The notes under the pieces were generated by a model. The model searched no databases. It saw only the letters and a program-made list of their open reading frames with translations, and had not been told where the DNA came from. 32,000 nt of DNA from Pirellula staleyi DSM 6068 (GTDB taxonomy: Bacteria; Planctomycetota; Planctomycetia; Pirellulales; Pirellulaceae): NCBI GenBank assembly GCA_000025185.1, contig CP001848.1:3330001-3362000 (forward strand), in the 5' to 3' direction. Of this stretch, positions 1 through 9,359 are shown piece after piece (within the stretch, counting starts at the first letter, position 1; every line of letters begins with the position of its first letter). The translations under genes and the position numbers were made by a program.

Positions 1-332
1 ACGTTGAACATCTTGGTCAGATCTTCCACCGTGTGCACTGGTTCCCCAGCATCTTCCACGTGAATATTGGCGGAGTCCGACATGTCTTCGACGAACAGCC
101 GAAGGTCGTGGATCGCAGCCTGTCCCGACATGGTTGCTGCAGGAGCAGCTTCGGGGCGATAGTCCGTAATACGGAAGCAGAGATATTCGTAGCTGTAGCT
201 ACGTGACTTGTCGAGTTCTTGGAGCAGACGTTCAGCTCGGCTGATCTGTTCCAGCTTTTTGTCGCGAGGAGCAAAACGGACCTGCTGGTCGCGCAGCTCT
301 TCGATTGTCGAATTGAGATAGCCACTATTCAT
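1..332 (-). CDS. Partial CDS (N-terminal 110 codons; continues beyond the left edge). Probably the long N-terminal extension of a planctomycete sigma-70 family RNA polymerase sigma factor.
   Basis: This ORF is absent from the supplied track because it runs off the window. My minus-strand translation from the ATG at 332-330 is MNSGYLNSTIEELRDQQVRFAPRDKKLEQISRAERLLQELDKSRSYSYEYLCFRITDYRPEAAPAATMSGQAAIHDLRLFVEDMSDSANIHVEDAGEPVHTVEDLTKMFNV, with no stop before position 1. A GGAG lies 8 nt upstream of the ATG. The LRLFVED..SDSA...VEDLxKxFNV pattern matches my recollection of the conserved N-terminal region of long planctomycetal sigma-70 proteins. The sigma domains themselves lie outside the window. 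Confidence 0.5.
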   Translation of the reverse strand, partial: MNSGYLNSTIEELRDQQVRFAPRDKKLEQISRAERLLQELDKSRSYSYEYLCFRITDYRPEAAPAATMSGQAAIHDLRLFVEDMSDSANIHVEDAGEPVHTVEDLTKMFN

Positions 333-1007
333 GGTTGCATCTCCTCTTGGTGCACTCGCCTGACAACGTGCCTGAAAGCCGCTTTCCTCGCGACCTCCCA
401 AACACCACCGTCAGAAACCATCCCTGTTAGCGGCCTTTCGATCGACTCAGGTCGACGAGCAACATCGGTGCTGCCATGGGGCGGACACCAAAATCACCTG
501 AAAGGCTCACCAGCGATGCGTGCTGTGTGTCGATTGCGACCTCAGCATGCACCACTCGACCAGTCCTACGGTCGAAGTCTGACATTAGTTCTCCAAATCG
601 CTTCCCCCACTCGGGGAGAAACCCTTCGGATGCTAACGATCTCATCCAAGTGCATTGGGCGTGCCCAAACCAGTCGTAGCGACAATTCCAATTGTACCGG
701 GCCACTTTCCGCCTGTCGCATCAATCTTTCAGAATCTTGGCCCGCTCGCCTGAGCCACCCATTCGTCCTGACAAATCTATTCTACTATATTTTTTATGGC
801 CATTGCTAAGGTGTTGTCATAAAATAGGTTGCGCCGCAAGATTGAGTGGGAAAAACGATCGCCTGGCCCGCCTAGTATCGCCTGCTTGCGCTCTCTCGCT
901 AGCTTCCCGGGGCGCACTGGCGGAATAATCGGCAAAATCTGAACTCTGGCTCCCCGCTGGTCGATCTTCTTCTGAGAGGACGATCCGTCTCAGTTTTTGT
1001 CTTGATT

Positions 1008-1023
1008 TGAGACGACCGTCTCA
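1008..1023. promoter_or_regulatory. Palindrome TGAGACG-ac-CGTCTCA, with a degenerate second copy at about 973-992. Candidate operator or structure upstream of the 1047 CDS.
   Basis: The arms are a perfect 7-bp inverted repeat with a 2-nt spacer. The related unit GACGA(T)CCGTCTCA occurs at 979-992 and 1011-1023. The site ends 24 nt upstream of the ATG at 1047. Confidence 0.25.
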
Positions 1024-1046
1024 TCTTGATTCGGGAGAATATCGCG

Positions 1047-2477
1047 ATGTCATGCCTCAAGATTTTTCAGAAAACAGCTCTCCTTGGGGGTGTGATCGCG
1101 ATTTTTGCCCTCTCTGGCAGCCTCGCTCTAGCTGCTGATACGGCCGATCTGACGTACACGCCCCAAGTGGGCGAAACTCAGATCGTAAAAGCAGTGGTAG
1201 AGGTCACCGGCGATTTGAAATTGAACGCCGATGGGACCAAAGTCGAGCGTCTGCCGATCCAGGTGACGGCCGAACTCGACTACGTCCAGCGACTGACTAC
1301 GGCTGGCGGTGCTCCGGGCACTAAAGCCGCGACTGACGGCCGCATGCTTCGCTACTACCGCAGCGCCACGGCCAAAATGAAACTCCGCGACAGCGAGATG
1401 CAGCAAACCCTGGCCGACGATCGTCGCCTGATTGTGGCCGATGTCGCTGGGGACGAAGCACTCCTGTTTTCACCCGCTGGCCCGATCACGCGCGAAGAAC
1501 TCGAGTTGGTCGACGCACCTGCCAGTCAGTTGATCACTGCGGCGCTTCTTCCAGGGAAGACCGTTTCGACCGGTGATACCTGGACTTACGACGACGCTGT
1601 TGTCTGCCGTCTGCTGGGGCTTGAAGCGGTTCAAGAACAAAAAATCGTCGCCAAGCTCGACAAAATCGAGATCGGCGTCGCCATGATTTCGCTCGAAGGG
1701 AAAGTCGCCGGTGCCGTTGGTGGCGTTGCTTCCGATATCGAACTCAAAGGACGGGTCAATTTCGATCTCGGCACCAAAATGGTGACCTGGCTGGTCCTGG
1801 CGATTCGCGAAAACCGCTCCATCGGCCATGCTCAGCCCGGGTTCGAAGCGGTCACAAAGCTCCGGATGGTAGCTGCACCAGCTGCAAGTCCACCTGAACT
1901 TGCCGCCGAACAACTCACCGGCCTCCCGCTCGAAAAATCCGCCGGCAGCTCGCTCATGCTTCTGCGCTCGCCCCGTGGTGGCTATGAACTGATTCACGAC
2001 CGCCGCTGGCGCACCATGGTCGATCGCAGCGACGTCACCATTTTGCGCATGGTCGATCGTGGCGATCTCGTGGCCCAGTGCAATATCACGCGGCTGCCGC
2101 CACTCGGCAAAGACAAGCAACTAACGATGGACGGCTTCCAAAACGACATTCGCCGCACGCTCGGAAAGAGCTTTGGTGACATCGTCGACGCCAATGAACT
2201 GCAGTCCGAGGCGGGGCTGCGCATCCTCCGCGTCACTGCCGCTGGCAACACCCAGGACTTGCCGATCCAGTGGACCTACTACCACGTCAGCAACCCAGCA
2301 GGCGAGCAACTTTCGCTCGTCGTCACCATGGAAAGCAAGCTGGTCGAGAAGTTTCCTCAGGTCGACCGCGAACTCACCAGCAACCTTCGCCTCCTCGACC
2401 TCCCCAAACCCACCCCCGCTCTCAACAAACCCAAAATCGAATCCGCCACAGTCAAGCCAGCTACATCAACAAAATAG
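1047..2477 (+). CDS. Hypothetical secreted protein (N-terminal signal peptide).
   Basis: Track ORF 1026..2477. I prefer the ATG at 1047 (MSCLKIFQKTALLGGVIAIFALSGSLALAADT), which has GGGAG 9 nt upstream. There is a hydrophobic h-region and an ALA-AD cleavage-like site. No family was recognised. Confidence 0.7.
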   Translation: MSCLKIFQKTALLGGVIAIFALSGSLALAADTADLTYTPQVGETQIVKAVVEVTGDLKLNADGTKVERLPIQVTAELDYVQRLTTAGGAPGTKAATDGRMLRYYRSATAKMKLRDSEMQQTLADDRRLIVADVAGDEALLFSPAGPITREELELVDAPASQLITAALLPGKTVSTGDTWTYDDAVVCRLLGLEAVQEQKIVAKLDKIEIGVAMISLEGKVAGAVGGVASDIELKGRVNFDLGTKMVTWLVLAIRENRSIGHAQPGFEAVTKLRMVAAPAASPPELAAEQLTGLPLEKSAGSSLMLLRSPRGGYELIHDRRWRTMVDRSDVTILRMVDRGDLVAQCNITRLPPLGKDKQLTMDGFQNDIRRTLGKSFGDIVDANELQSEAGLRILRVTAAGNTQDLPIQWTYYHVSNPAGEQLSLVVTMESKLVEKFPQVDRELTSNLRLLDLPKPTPALNKPKIESATVKPATSTK

Positions 2478-2600
2478 AGTGACTGCGGCTGGGTTGGTGT
2501 TGTTTGAGATGCTGGGAAGCCGTGGTTTGCAGCGAACCACTGCCACCCGACCCTAATCACCAAGGCAGCCTCGATCGTTTAGTTGTCCCAGTCGCACTCA

Positions 2601-2996
2601 TTAGTTCCGTTCGAGACGCTTCTGTCCTTGATAGCCCAGGCCTTCAAAAGCACGCTCAAGCTCCGGGACAGGAGGACTACCAACCAGATCTTGCGACATG
2701 ATCCACACCATGTGCACCGCGTCGGGTTTCCGCGTCACGTAAACACGAATCATTCCAGGCTGTTTCTCCATCCACGATAACAATTCACGATCGTCGGCTG
2801 GATAGACCTCGAACTGAGCCGTTACTCCGTAGATAACCGACAGCTTCACTGCTTTGCCAACTACAATGCTGATCCCTACGCAAAGTGTAATCGTCAGTAC
2901 CACCGTTGCCGACACTGCGAGCCAGTACCGATCGCGAAGTGACTTGCCTGTTTGCTTTGGTTCGACCACAGGGGAATTATCGGTGGCGTGGTTCAT
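2601..2996 (-). CDS. Hypothetical small membrane-anchored protein.
   Basis: 131-aa ORF with one clear TM helix (YWLAVSATVVLTITLCVGISIVVG) followed by a soluble C-terminal domain. It is convergent with the upstream CDS. No family was recognised. Confidence 0.5.
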   Translation of the reverse strand: MNHATDNSPVVEPKQTGKSLRDRYWLAVSATVVLTITLCVGISIVVGKAVKLSVIYGVTAQFEVYPADDRELLSWMEKQPGMIRVYVTRKPDAVHMVWIMSQDLVGSPPVPELERAFEGLGYQGQKRLERN

Positions 2997-3102
2997 TTTG
3001 GCGTTAACGCAGGTTTAGCAGGCGGCTTCGCATAGAAATGCCAATTTCGATTGCGTTCATAAATCTCTTGCATGGCTTTTTGGGATCATTGATCATCTGT
3101 TG

Positions 3103-3702
3103 CTATTTCCGCTCACCAAATCCTACATGATAGGCCCAGCGAATCGAGCGAGCATTCTGCTTCAGACTGCCGATTCGATTTAGCAGCTTGTTGAGCTTGG
3201 TATAGGGATATTGGAGCATACCATTCGGCGAATCCTCTCCCAGTCGAAGCTCAAGATACAGGATTCTGTCCACAGCCTGATCGACCTCTAGGAGAACGTC
3301 GAGAGCCACCAGAGTTTGTGTTGTGATGAGAATTGCTGCGCCAAAGATATGAATCTCAAGAGGCGACGGACGCAAGATTTTGACTGCGTAGACGCCATCG
3401 AAACTTTGGTATTCCCATTCGGGATGCGCCTCGGCAAGTATGCCAGGCAGGTACCATTCTAGTGAAAGGAGCAGTTCAGGGATGCCATCGCTAAATTGAT
3501 GCAATTCTCCCTGCTGTTCACTTAGCTTTTTGATGATCTCAGAAATTCGTTGCTCGAGCCCTGAGGCTTGGTTGTTATTGTTGGGTTGATCAGTGAATGG
3601 GTGGTTCTCCAGTATCTCATGGTCTTCATGCAGTGATATTCGCGTTTGCGTAGTTCTCAATCGAGGAGAATCGCAAGGTTGCTGCCAAACATCACTCTCC
3701 AA
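3103..3702 (-). CDS. Hypothetical protein (199 aa), unknown family.
   Basis: Open frame with balanced composition. Its start overlaps the stop of the truncated yjbQ copy by 11 nt. GC was 50/100 in the first 100 nt I counted (3103-3202), which is lower than neighbouring core genes appear by eye. Confidence 0.5.
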   Translation of the reverse strand: MESDVWQQPCDSPRLRTTQTRISLHEDHEILENHPFTDQPNNNNQASGLEQRISEIIKKLSEQQGELHQFSDGIPELLLSLEWYLPGILAEAHPEWEYQSFDGVYAVKILRPSPLEIHIFGAAILITTQTLVALDVLLEVDQAVDRILYLELRLGEDSPNGMLQYPYTKLNKLLNRIGSLKQNARSIRWAYHVGFGERK

Positions 3703-4033
3703 TGATCTTTACGAGGACTCGTTTTCTGCGGCGGCCGTCGAACTCGTAGTAGAAGATATGTTCCCAGGGGCCGAGGTGGAGTGAGCCGTCGGTGATGGCG
3801 ACGACGACTTCGCGTCCCATGATTTGTCGTTTGTGATGAGCGTCGGCATTGTCTTCGCCGGTGCGATTGTGAAGGTAGCCTCCTTGGGCCGGATCACTGC
3901 CTGGGTTAAAGGGAACCAGTTCTTCGAGCCAACGATCATAGTCGGCATGCAGTCCCGATTCGTTGTCGTTGATGAACACGCTCGCCGTAATGTGCATCGC
4001 ATTCCCTGAACATATTGCGTAACACACTACCAT
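3692..4033 (-). CDS. YjbQ/UPF0047 family paralog lacking about the first 40 N-terminal residues. It may be a pseudogene or a displaced gene fragment.
   Basis: Residues [71 protein letters not shown] are identical to the full-length copy at 4543..4977. Nucleotide homology runs 3692-4003 against 4543-4854 (offset 851) and stops abruptly. The first 11 codons ([11 protein letters not shown]) are unrelated, and there is an in-frame stop upstream. Confidence 0.6.
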   Translation of the reverse strand: MVVCYAICSGNAMHITASVFINDNESGLHADYDRWLEELVPFNPGSDPAQGGYLHNRTGEDNADAHHKRQIMGREVVVAITDGSLHLGPWEHIFYYEFDGRRRKRVLVKIIGE

Positions 4034-4064
4034 TCGTGGTGAGTGGGACCACTCTGCGTACTAT

Positions 4065-4520
4065 TTACCACTCATCATGTGCGACTCGAAAAAGGAACTC
4101 CGTCAAGTGATCGGCCTTTCGTGCGAATTCACCGCTCATTTCCATGTAGTAGTACACAGGGGGATCACTCCCTTCGCTCGCACGGATGAACATGAATTGG
4201 TATCCCTGATGCATCATGAATGCGATCGCATCTGCCGGCAGCTCAATGTCGGCTTCATCCTCCTGCACAAGCTCACGAGCCGCTTGGGTCATTCCAGGCA
4301 GCCAGCGGTACGTGATATCTGTTCCACGGTAGAAGTCCCCCATGTCTCGGCCCATTCTTGCGAGAAACTCGCGGTAGGAATCGGGCAATGGCACGCCGAC
4401 GTCCTTCTCAATCTCTTCGATTTCAGACGGCGAGCATCCAACAAGATCGCGTCTCGTGACGACTCCTCGGTCCACAAGGACCGCAGCAATCTCGTCGATA
4501 CGATGTTTGAAATTTGACAT
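4065..4520 (-). CDS. SMI1/KNR4 (SUKH-1 superfamily) protein; this family is typically immunity-protein-like.
   Basis: 151 aa. It carries the N-terminal SUKH signature region SPSEIEEIEKDVGVPLPDSYREFLARMG and ends in an aromatic/acidic-rich tail typical of the family. It sits between the two yjbQ copies. Confidence 0.75.
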   Translation of the reverse strand: MSNFKHRIDEIAAVLVDRGVVTRRDLVGCSPSEIEEIEKDVGVPLPDSYREFLARMGRDMGDFYRGTDITYRWLPGMTQAARELVQEDEADIELPADAIAFMMHQGYQFMFIRASEGSDPPVYYYMEMSGEFARKADHLTEFLFRVAHDEW

Positions 4521-4542
4521 TTACCGGCCCCCGTACCTCCCC

Positions 4543-4977
<435 letters not shown>

Positions 4978-5062
4978 GCGGGGCTCCTGGTTTCGCTGTC
5001 AATCAAGACTCTTGTAACGGCAGCGATTCTTGCTAGGCGATCTTATGTCAAAGGCTGCGCAT

Positions 5063-5099
5063 GAAAAAGCTGCTGAGAATGTGGTGGTTCACAGCAGCT
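5063..5099 (-). terminator. Rho-independent terminator downstream of the ThuA-like gene.
   Basis: On the minus strand the sequence reads GCTGCTGTGAA-ccaccaca-TTCTCAGCAGC followed by TTTTT. The stem is 11 bp with one mismatch. It lies 35 nt after the stop at 5134. Confidence 0.6.
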
Positions 5100-5133
5100 C
5101 GGAGAGGGTAAGGTGAGGATTGCGATGGAGAGA

Positions 5134-6138
5134 CTATTTCATCTCGAAATCGCTAGGTTTCATCCCGGGGCGGAAGCCGTTGAACTTGAACGGCAGGGGC
5201 TGATAGTCCCCCACGAGATCGACGTTCGACTTCTCAGGAATCTTGTCTTCGAGACCGACGCACCAGAAGCTGGCGTTGACTAGCAGGCGACGGGTTCCTT
5301 CGCTCAGAAGGTCGGTCGCAGCACCAATGGTCGACGTAAAGACTCGCGATTCCTTGCCACTTTCACCCTTGTAGCTGCGGGTCCAGGCGATGGGCATCAT
5401 CGGGTCGTTCACCTTGCCTTCGACGGGTGGATCATCCGATTTCATTCCGGTGAGGACTTGTCCCAGTACCAGCGTGTCGCTTTCGACGAGCGGCAGGACT
5501 ACGCCATAGACATCGCTCGGTCCCCACACATCGCCGCTCTTAATGCCACGCAAAATCGGATGCGATTCTTTGCCTGGGGCCACGATGCCACGCGTGCTTT
5601 GCGAGCCGTGATTGCCGTGGTGATTGATCCACGTTTCGCCCAGCACTTGCTTGCCGAATCCACCAGGGAAATCTTTATTGTTGAAGCTGTACTTTGCGTA
5701 GGTCTTGCCACCTTTGATGTTGAAAGCGTGGGTCGATGTGCGGATACCAATGATCGGGCGACCCGACTCGATGTAGTCGACCACATGTTTCATTTGATCG
5801 TCGGGAAGATCGCGGAAGCGTGTGAAGATGATCATCAAGTCGGCACTTCCCAGCGCTTCGAGTCCTGGAATGTTGCTGACGTTGGGGTTGATCGTGCCAT
5901 CCTTGGGATCGATGGCAAAGAGCACCGTGCACTTGAAGCCATGATGCTTGGCGAGAATCTTGCCGAGTTGTGGGCAAGCCTCTTCGGAGCGGTATTCTTC
6001 GTCGCCACTGACGAGGACGATATGTTTTCCCTTGCCGGGGCCTTCAGCCCCCTCGTACACCACCTGAGCTGACGCGGCGGAGGTAAAGAGTGCCAGGGTG
6101 GCGGCAAGTGCCGCCGAAAAATGGAGGGCCCATTTCAT
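5134..6138 (-). CDS. ThuA-domain (trehalose-utilisation-like) secreted protein.
   Basis: Track ORF 5134..6162. I prefer the ATG at 6138 (MKWALHFSAALAATLALFTSAASAQ is a signal peptide, and AAGGA lies upstream). HIVLVSGDEEYRSEEACPQLGKILAKHHGF matches the planctomycete/verrucomicrobial ThuA-like pattern as I recall it. Confidence 0.65.
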   Translation of the reverse strand: MKWALHFSAALAATLALFTSAASAQVVYEGAEGPGKGKHIVLVSGDEEYRSEEACPQLGKILAKHHGFKCTVLFAIDPKDGTINPNVSNIPGLEALGSADLMIIFTRFRDLPDDQMKHVVDYIESGRPIIGIRTSTHAFNIKGGKTYAKYSFNNKDFPGGFGKQVLGETWINHHGNHGSQSTRGIVAPGKESHPILRGIKSGDVWGPSDVYGVVLPLVESDTLVLGQVLTGMKSDDPPVEGKVNDPMMPIAWTRSYKGESGKESRVFTSTIGAATDLLSEGTRRLLVNASFWCVGLEDKIPEKSNVDLVGDYQPLPFKFNGFRPGMKPSDFEMK

Positions 6139-6287
6139 GGAGAAGGTTCCTTGTAAGTTCATGCGGATCAGCAGCGCCGTTTTGGTTAGCGATGCTGATG
6201 GAAAGATGTTGATGCTGTTGTTGTCGCTGGTTGCCGGCGGCTGAGCGGAGCGTGCGAAACAGCCGGCGACCCGATGGCTATTGGAGG

Positions 6288-7199
6288 TTACTTTGCTTCG
6301 GCTTTACGCTGACTAACCGCGTCGGCCTTGGGAAAATCTTCAGGAATCGGGAGAGTCACCTTGCCAGTGGCGGCCCACTCGGTGCCACGGACGAGTGTGG
6401 CGATGAAGCCGACGCATTCCATGGAGTAGTCGGCGTGTCCCATCGGGGTGTGGAAGATGCGCCCCTTTCCGTACTCGATCGTAAAAATCATCGGTTCGTG
6501 ACGTCCGCTGCCACCTTTTGCAGGATCAGCAAACGCGGTGGCGAGGATGTTCATCGAGGTGGCTGGGCCACGTAGTTTGTCGTACAGCTCGTCTTGGGCA
6601 TGTAGCCATTCGCGAGGCATTCCCTTCGTGATGGGATGCTCGCTGTCACGCACGATCACAGTAAACGGATGCTGGGGACCGTGGTGTCCGCCGCTCCCTT
6701 TTTCTTCGTTGCGGACCACTTTGCCAGCCTCGTCGAGATAGACATAAGGCCCACTCTTCTCGCTGCGACCACCCCAGCCGCCGATCCCGATCATCTCGTT
6801 GTATTCTTTCCAGTCGCCGAACGAATTGTTCGCTGCGTGGATGACAACAAATCCGCCGCCATTTTTCACGTACTCGATGAACGACTTTTGCGTCGCTTCA
6901 GGCCAGTTAGCGCCGTTGTAGTTCGAGATAACCACGTTGTACTTCGAGAACTCGGGCTTGAAGTTTTCGTCAGTTCCCTGCGGAGCGGTGGTGGCCACAT
7001 CGACGGTGAAGAGCCCCGTCTCTTCGAGGTACTTTTTCATCATCTGCGTGGTTTTGGGCCAAACGCCGTGATTGTTTTGGCCATCGACGATGAGTGCTTT
7101 CTGCTTTTCGTCGGCAGCAAAGACGTTAACGGCCATCGCAAGCATGAGGGCCAAACCGGTGGCCGCAAAGAGGCGTCGAGAGAGCGACATGGTGGGCAA
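6288..7199 (-). CDS. ThuA-domain protein, secreted.
   Basis: 303 aa with signal peptide MSLSRRLFAATGLALMLAMAVNVFAADE. ALIVDGQNNHGVWPKTT, GGFVVIHAANNSF and IFHTPMGH are typical ThuA class-I glutamine-amidotransferase-like-fold motifs. Confidence 0.75.
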   Translation of the reverse strand: MPTMSLSRRLFAATGLALMLAMAVNVFAADEKQKALIVDGQNNHGVWPKTTQMMKKYLEETGLFTVDVATTAPQGTDENFKPEFSKYNVVISNYNGANWPEATQKSFIEYVKNGGGFVVIHAANNSFGDWKEYNEMIGIGGWGGRSEKSGPYVYLDEAGKVVRNEEKGSGGHHGPQHPFTVIVRDSEHPITKGMPREWLHAQDELYDKLRGPATSMNILATAFADPAKGGSGRHEPMIFTIEYGKGRIFHTPMGHADYSMECVGFIATLVRGTEWAATGKVTLPIPEDFPKADAVSQRKAEAK

Positions 7200-7334
7200 A
7201 TTTCCTGGGTGTGTGCGGGTGGGTCGTTGATCGCTAACTTTCCGGTGGAAAGTAGCGGCAAGGCTACGTAGTTTAGCCTTAGTCCTGCACGAAAGGAAGA
7301 ATGCCCGTCGCTAACTGGCGATTGGAGGTGATTG

Positions 7335-8156
7335 CTAGCTTCGCTTCAACATGCGAGGCTTGTAGACCGCGACGGGGGAGCCGTCGGCGATGAACGCCGA
7401 GGCCGGTTTCTCACGCAGGTAGGGCGCGAATTTTTCGCCGTAAAGTGGCGCCACATCGCAGTCGAAATTTGCCTCGCTCACTTGCCAGGCGTTCCAGGAG
7501 GGATGTTCCACACGGTATTCCACCGTTCGCCCGTCGCGCTGAGCGCAGTAGCCGAAATAATGCTCGGCGATGAACTGCTCGGCAGAGCCATTGGTGAGCG
7601 GTTGCCGATTTCCCGAAGCTTGCGCCGAGAGGCTGTTCCAGCGCCCGCCGAATTTCCAGCGGTACGCAACGCTCGGCGACAGCCGCGGATCGGTCGTTCC
7701 CTCGACCAGCGACTCTGGCACCTCGTACTCGATTGGAACGGCCGAGTAGGGCTCGTTGTAGGCCAGTTTGGCAACGGTCGCGATGGCCCAGCGTGGCACA
7801 AGTTCGCGAATGAACGTCACACCTCGGAGCCATTGCCCTGCCGACTTGCGACGAACGTAGAAACGCAAGTTTACTTCGGGAAAATGGCGGTGCAGCGGAA
7901 TCGGTATCCCAAGCACGCGGGTGTCGAGGAACAGAAAACCGACCATGCTGACGAAGGCCTCGCCCTGCCACAGGTCGAGTTCGGTTCCGGCCGGAACGTG
8001 CGGCTGCAAAATCTCCGGATCGACCCGATAGTTCAGCATCGCCAGGGCTTGCCAGCGTGCCCGCAAAAACACGCCCCCCACCGGCGGCGGCAGCGAGTCG
8101 GCCGTCACAATGGGGAGTTCCTCAGCATGTCGCTTGAGTGTTGTGGAGGTATTCAT
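7335..8156 (-). CDS. DUF2071 (YqjF-like) family protein.
   Basis: 273 aa. The pattern FLRARWQALAMLNYRVDPEILQPHVPAG..LD...GEAFVSMVGFLF....VLGIPIPLHRHFPEVNLRFYV matches the DUF2071 N-terminal consensus as I recall it. Confidence 0.7.
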   Translation of the reverse strand: MNTSTTLKRHAEELPIVTADSLPPPVGGVFLRARWQALAMLNYRVDPEILQPHVPAGTELDLWQGEAFVSMVGFLFLDTRVLGIPIPLHRHFPEVNLRFYVRRKSAGQWLRGVTFIRELVPRWAIATVAKLAYNEPYSAVPIEYEVPESLVEGTTDPRLSPSVAYRWKFGGRWNSLSAQASGNRQPLTNGSAEQFIAEHYFGYCAQRDGRTVEYRVEHPSWNAWQVSEANFDCDVAPLYGEKFAPYLREKPASAFIADGSPVAVYKPRMLKRS

Positions 8157-8313
8157 GGGGCGATCCCAGGGCGGATTAGAGCGGTGTCTTATTCCTATAA
8201 CCGCAAATCTGCTCGCGAGAAAACAGCACCAGCCCTTTATTGACGCGAAGTTCGGTTACAAAAAACGCCCTTCAGCGTAGATGATCGAAAATCTGCCTGG
8301 AATCGACCACTTC

Positions 8314-9141
8314 TTACGGCAAAGCCTCTTTCACCTTCTGTATGGCGATCGGGATGTCGGTGCAGTGGACATCCACACCTAGGCCGATAGCAAGGAAAAA
8401 ATCTTGGGCCGCGCGACCGGGCCAGCAGTTCACCTTCAAGCCTTGCTTGTGTGCTTCTTCGACCATCGCTCGCGAAGTGCCGTTGAGCTGGCAGGCGATG
8501 TGCGTCGCTTTCAAACTTTTGGCAAGCTCGATGAACTCAGCCGACAATGGTTTGCCAGCGATGATCGAAATCGGAGCCTTCTCGTCGAGTGCGCGAATCG
8601 CCTTGATCGGCCGATGGTCGAATGACGTAAACAGGTAGGTCGAGCCGTCGGCTTTGCGAGCGGTGGCTTGCTCGTGCAGTTTCTTGCAGTACTCGGCGAT
8701 CCGCTCATCGGGGTAGAGCGTTTTGTTGCTCGTTTTCATTTCCAGCTCGATGTAGACGTGGGGCTTGTCGGCGAAATAGTCGAGCAACTCGTCGAGAAGC
8801 AAAAACTTCTGTCCATTCTTGGTCGTGATCGCTCGCAGTTCGTCAGCTGTTTTCTCTTCGACCGGTCCGGCGCCGATGTGCGTCCGGTCCAAGCTGTCGT
8901 CGTGCAGAATCACGAGCACGCCATCGCGGGTCATGCGAATGTCGGTTTCAAAGCCTCGAATGCCCCGCTCGTAGCAGGCTCGAAAGCCTTCCATCGTGTT
9001 TTCTTCGTACTCATACGCGCCGCCCCGATGCGCCAAAATCAGCGGCGTTTTCGTCGCAGATGGTTCGTCGGCTGTAGCGCGCGAAGCGCTGGCCAGCGTC
9101 GAGCAAAGCAGAATTCCAAGTATCAGTAACCGGCAAAACAT
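8314..9141 (-). CDS. Glycerophosphodiester phosphodiesterase (GDPD family), secreted.
   Basis: 275 aa with a signal peptide. The GDPD catalytic motifs are present: ILAHRGG..YEENTMEGF, GFETDIRMTRDGVLVILHDDSLDRT. Confidence 0.8.
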   Translation of the reverse strand: MFCRLLILGILLCSTLASASRATADEPSATKTPLILAHRGGAYEYEENTMEGFRACYERGIRGFETDIRMTRDGVLVILHDDSLDRTHIGAGPVEEKTADELRAITTKNGQKFLLLDELLDYFADKPHVYIELEMKTSNKTLYPDERIAEYCKKLHEQATARKADGSTYLFTSFDHRPIKAIRALDEKAPISIIAGKPLSAEFIELAKSLKATHIACQLNGTSRAMVEEAHKQGLKVNCWPGRAAQDFFLAIGLGVDVHCTDIPIAIQKVKEALP

Positions 9142-9359
9142 CGCAGCTGTTCCTCACGCGTGGGTATTCAATCAAGCAGCCACTATTCTACCCGATGAAC
9201 TGTACAGCTGCTGGAAGCGATTGCGTCGCCGAAGGGTGCTTAACCAGCCGTTAGTGCTTTCGCCATTCGCTCGTAAAACCTTGCCCTAGATTTGTTTGCA
9301 ATTCCGCTAGTGCAAAGTTTATGCTGTGGCCTTACTCGTAACCAAAAAGAGGTCCAGCG

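Noticed and set aside
219-928. Overlapping ORFs in the 333-1046 intergenic region (219..809 +, 427..705 -, 476..679 +, 692..928 +), plus 17..325 (-).
   Set aside because: They are mutually overlapping in different frames, have no RBS or recognisable motifs, and show odd composition (Cys/Trp/Arg-rich). ORF 17..325 is out of frame with the much better sigma-factor-like reading frame that starts at 332. ORF 427..705 (-) is the least implausible, but I cannot support it from sequence alone.
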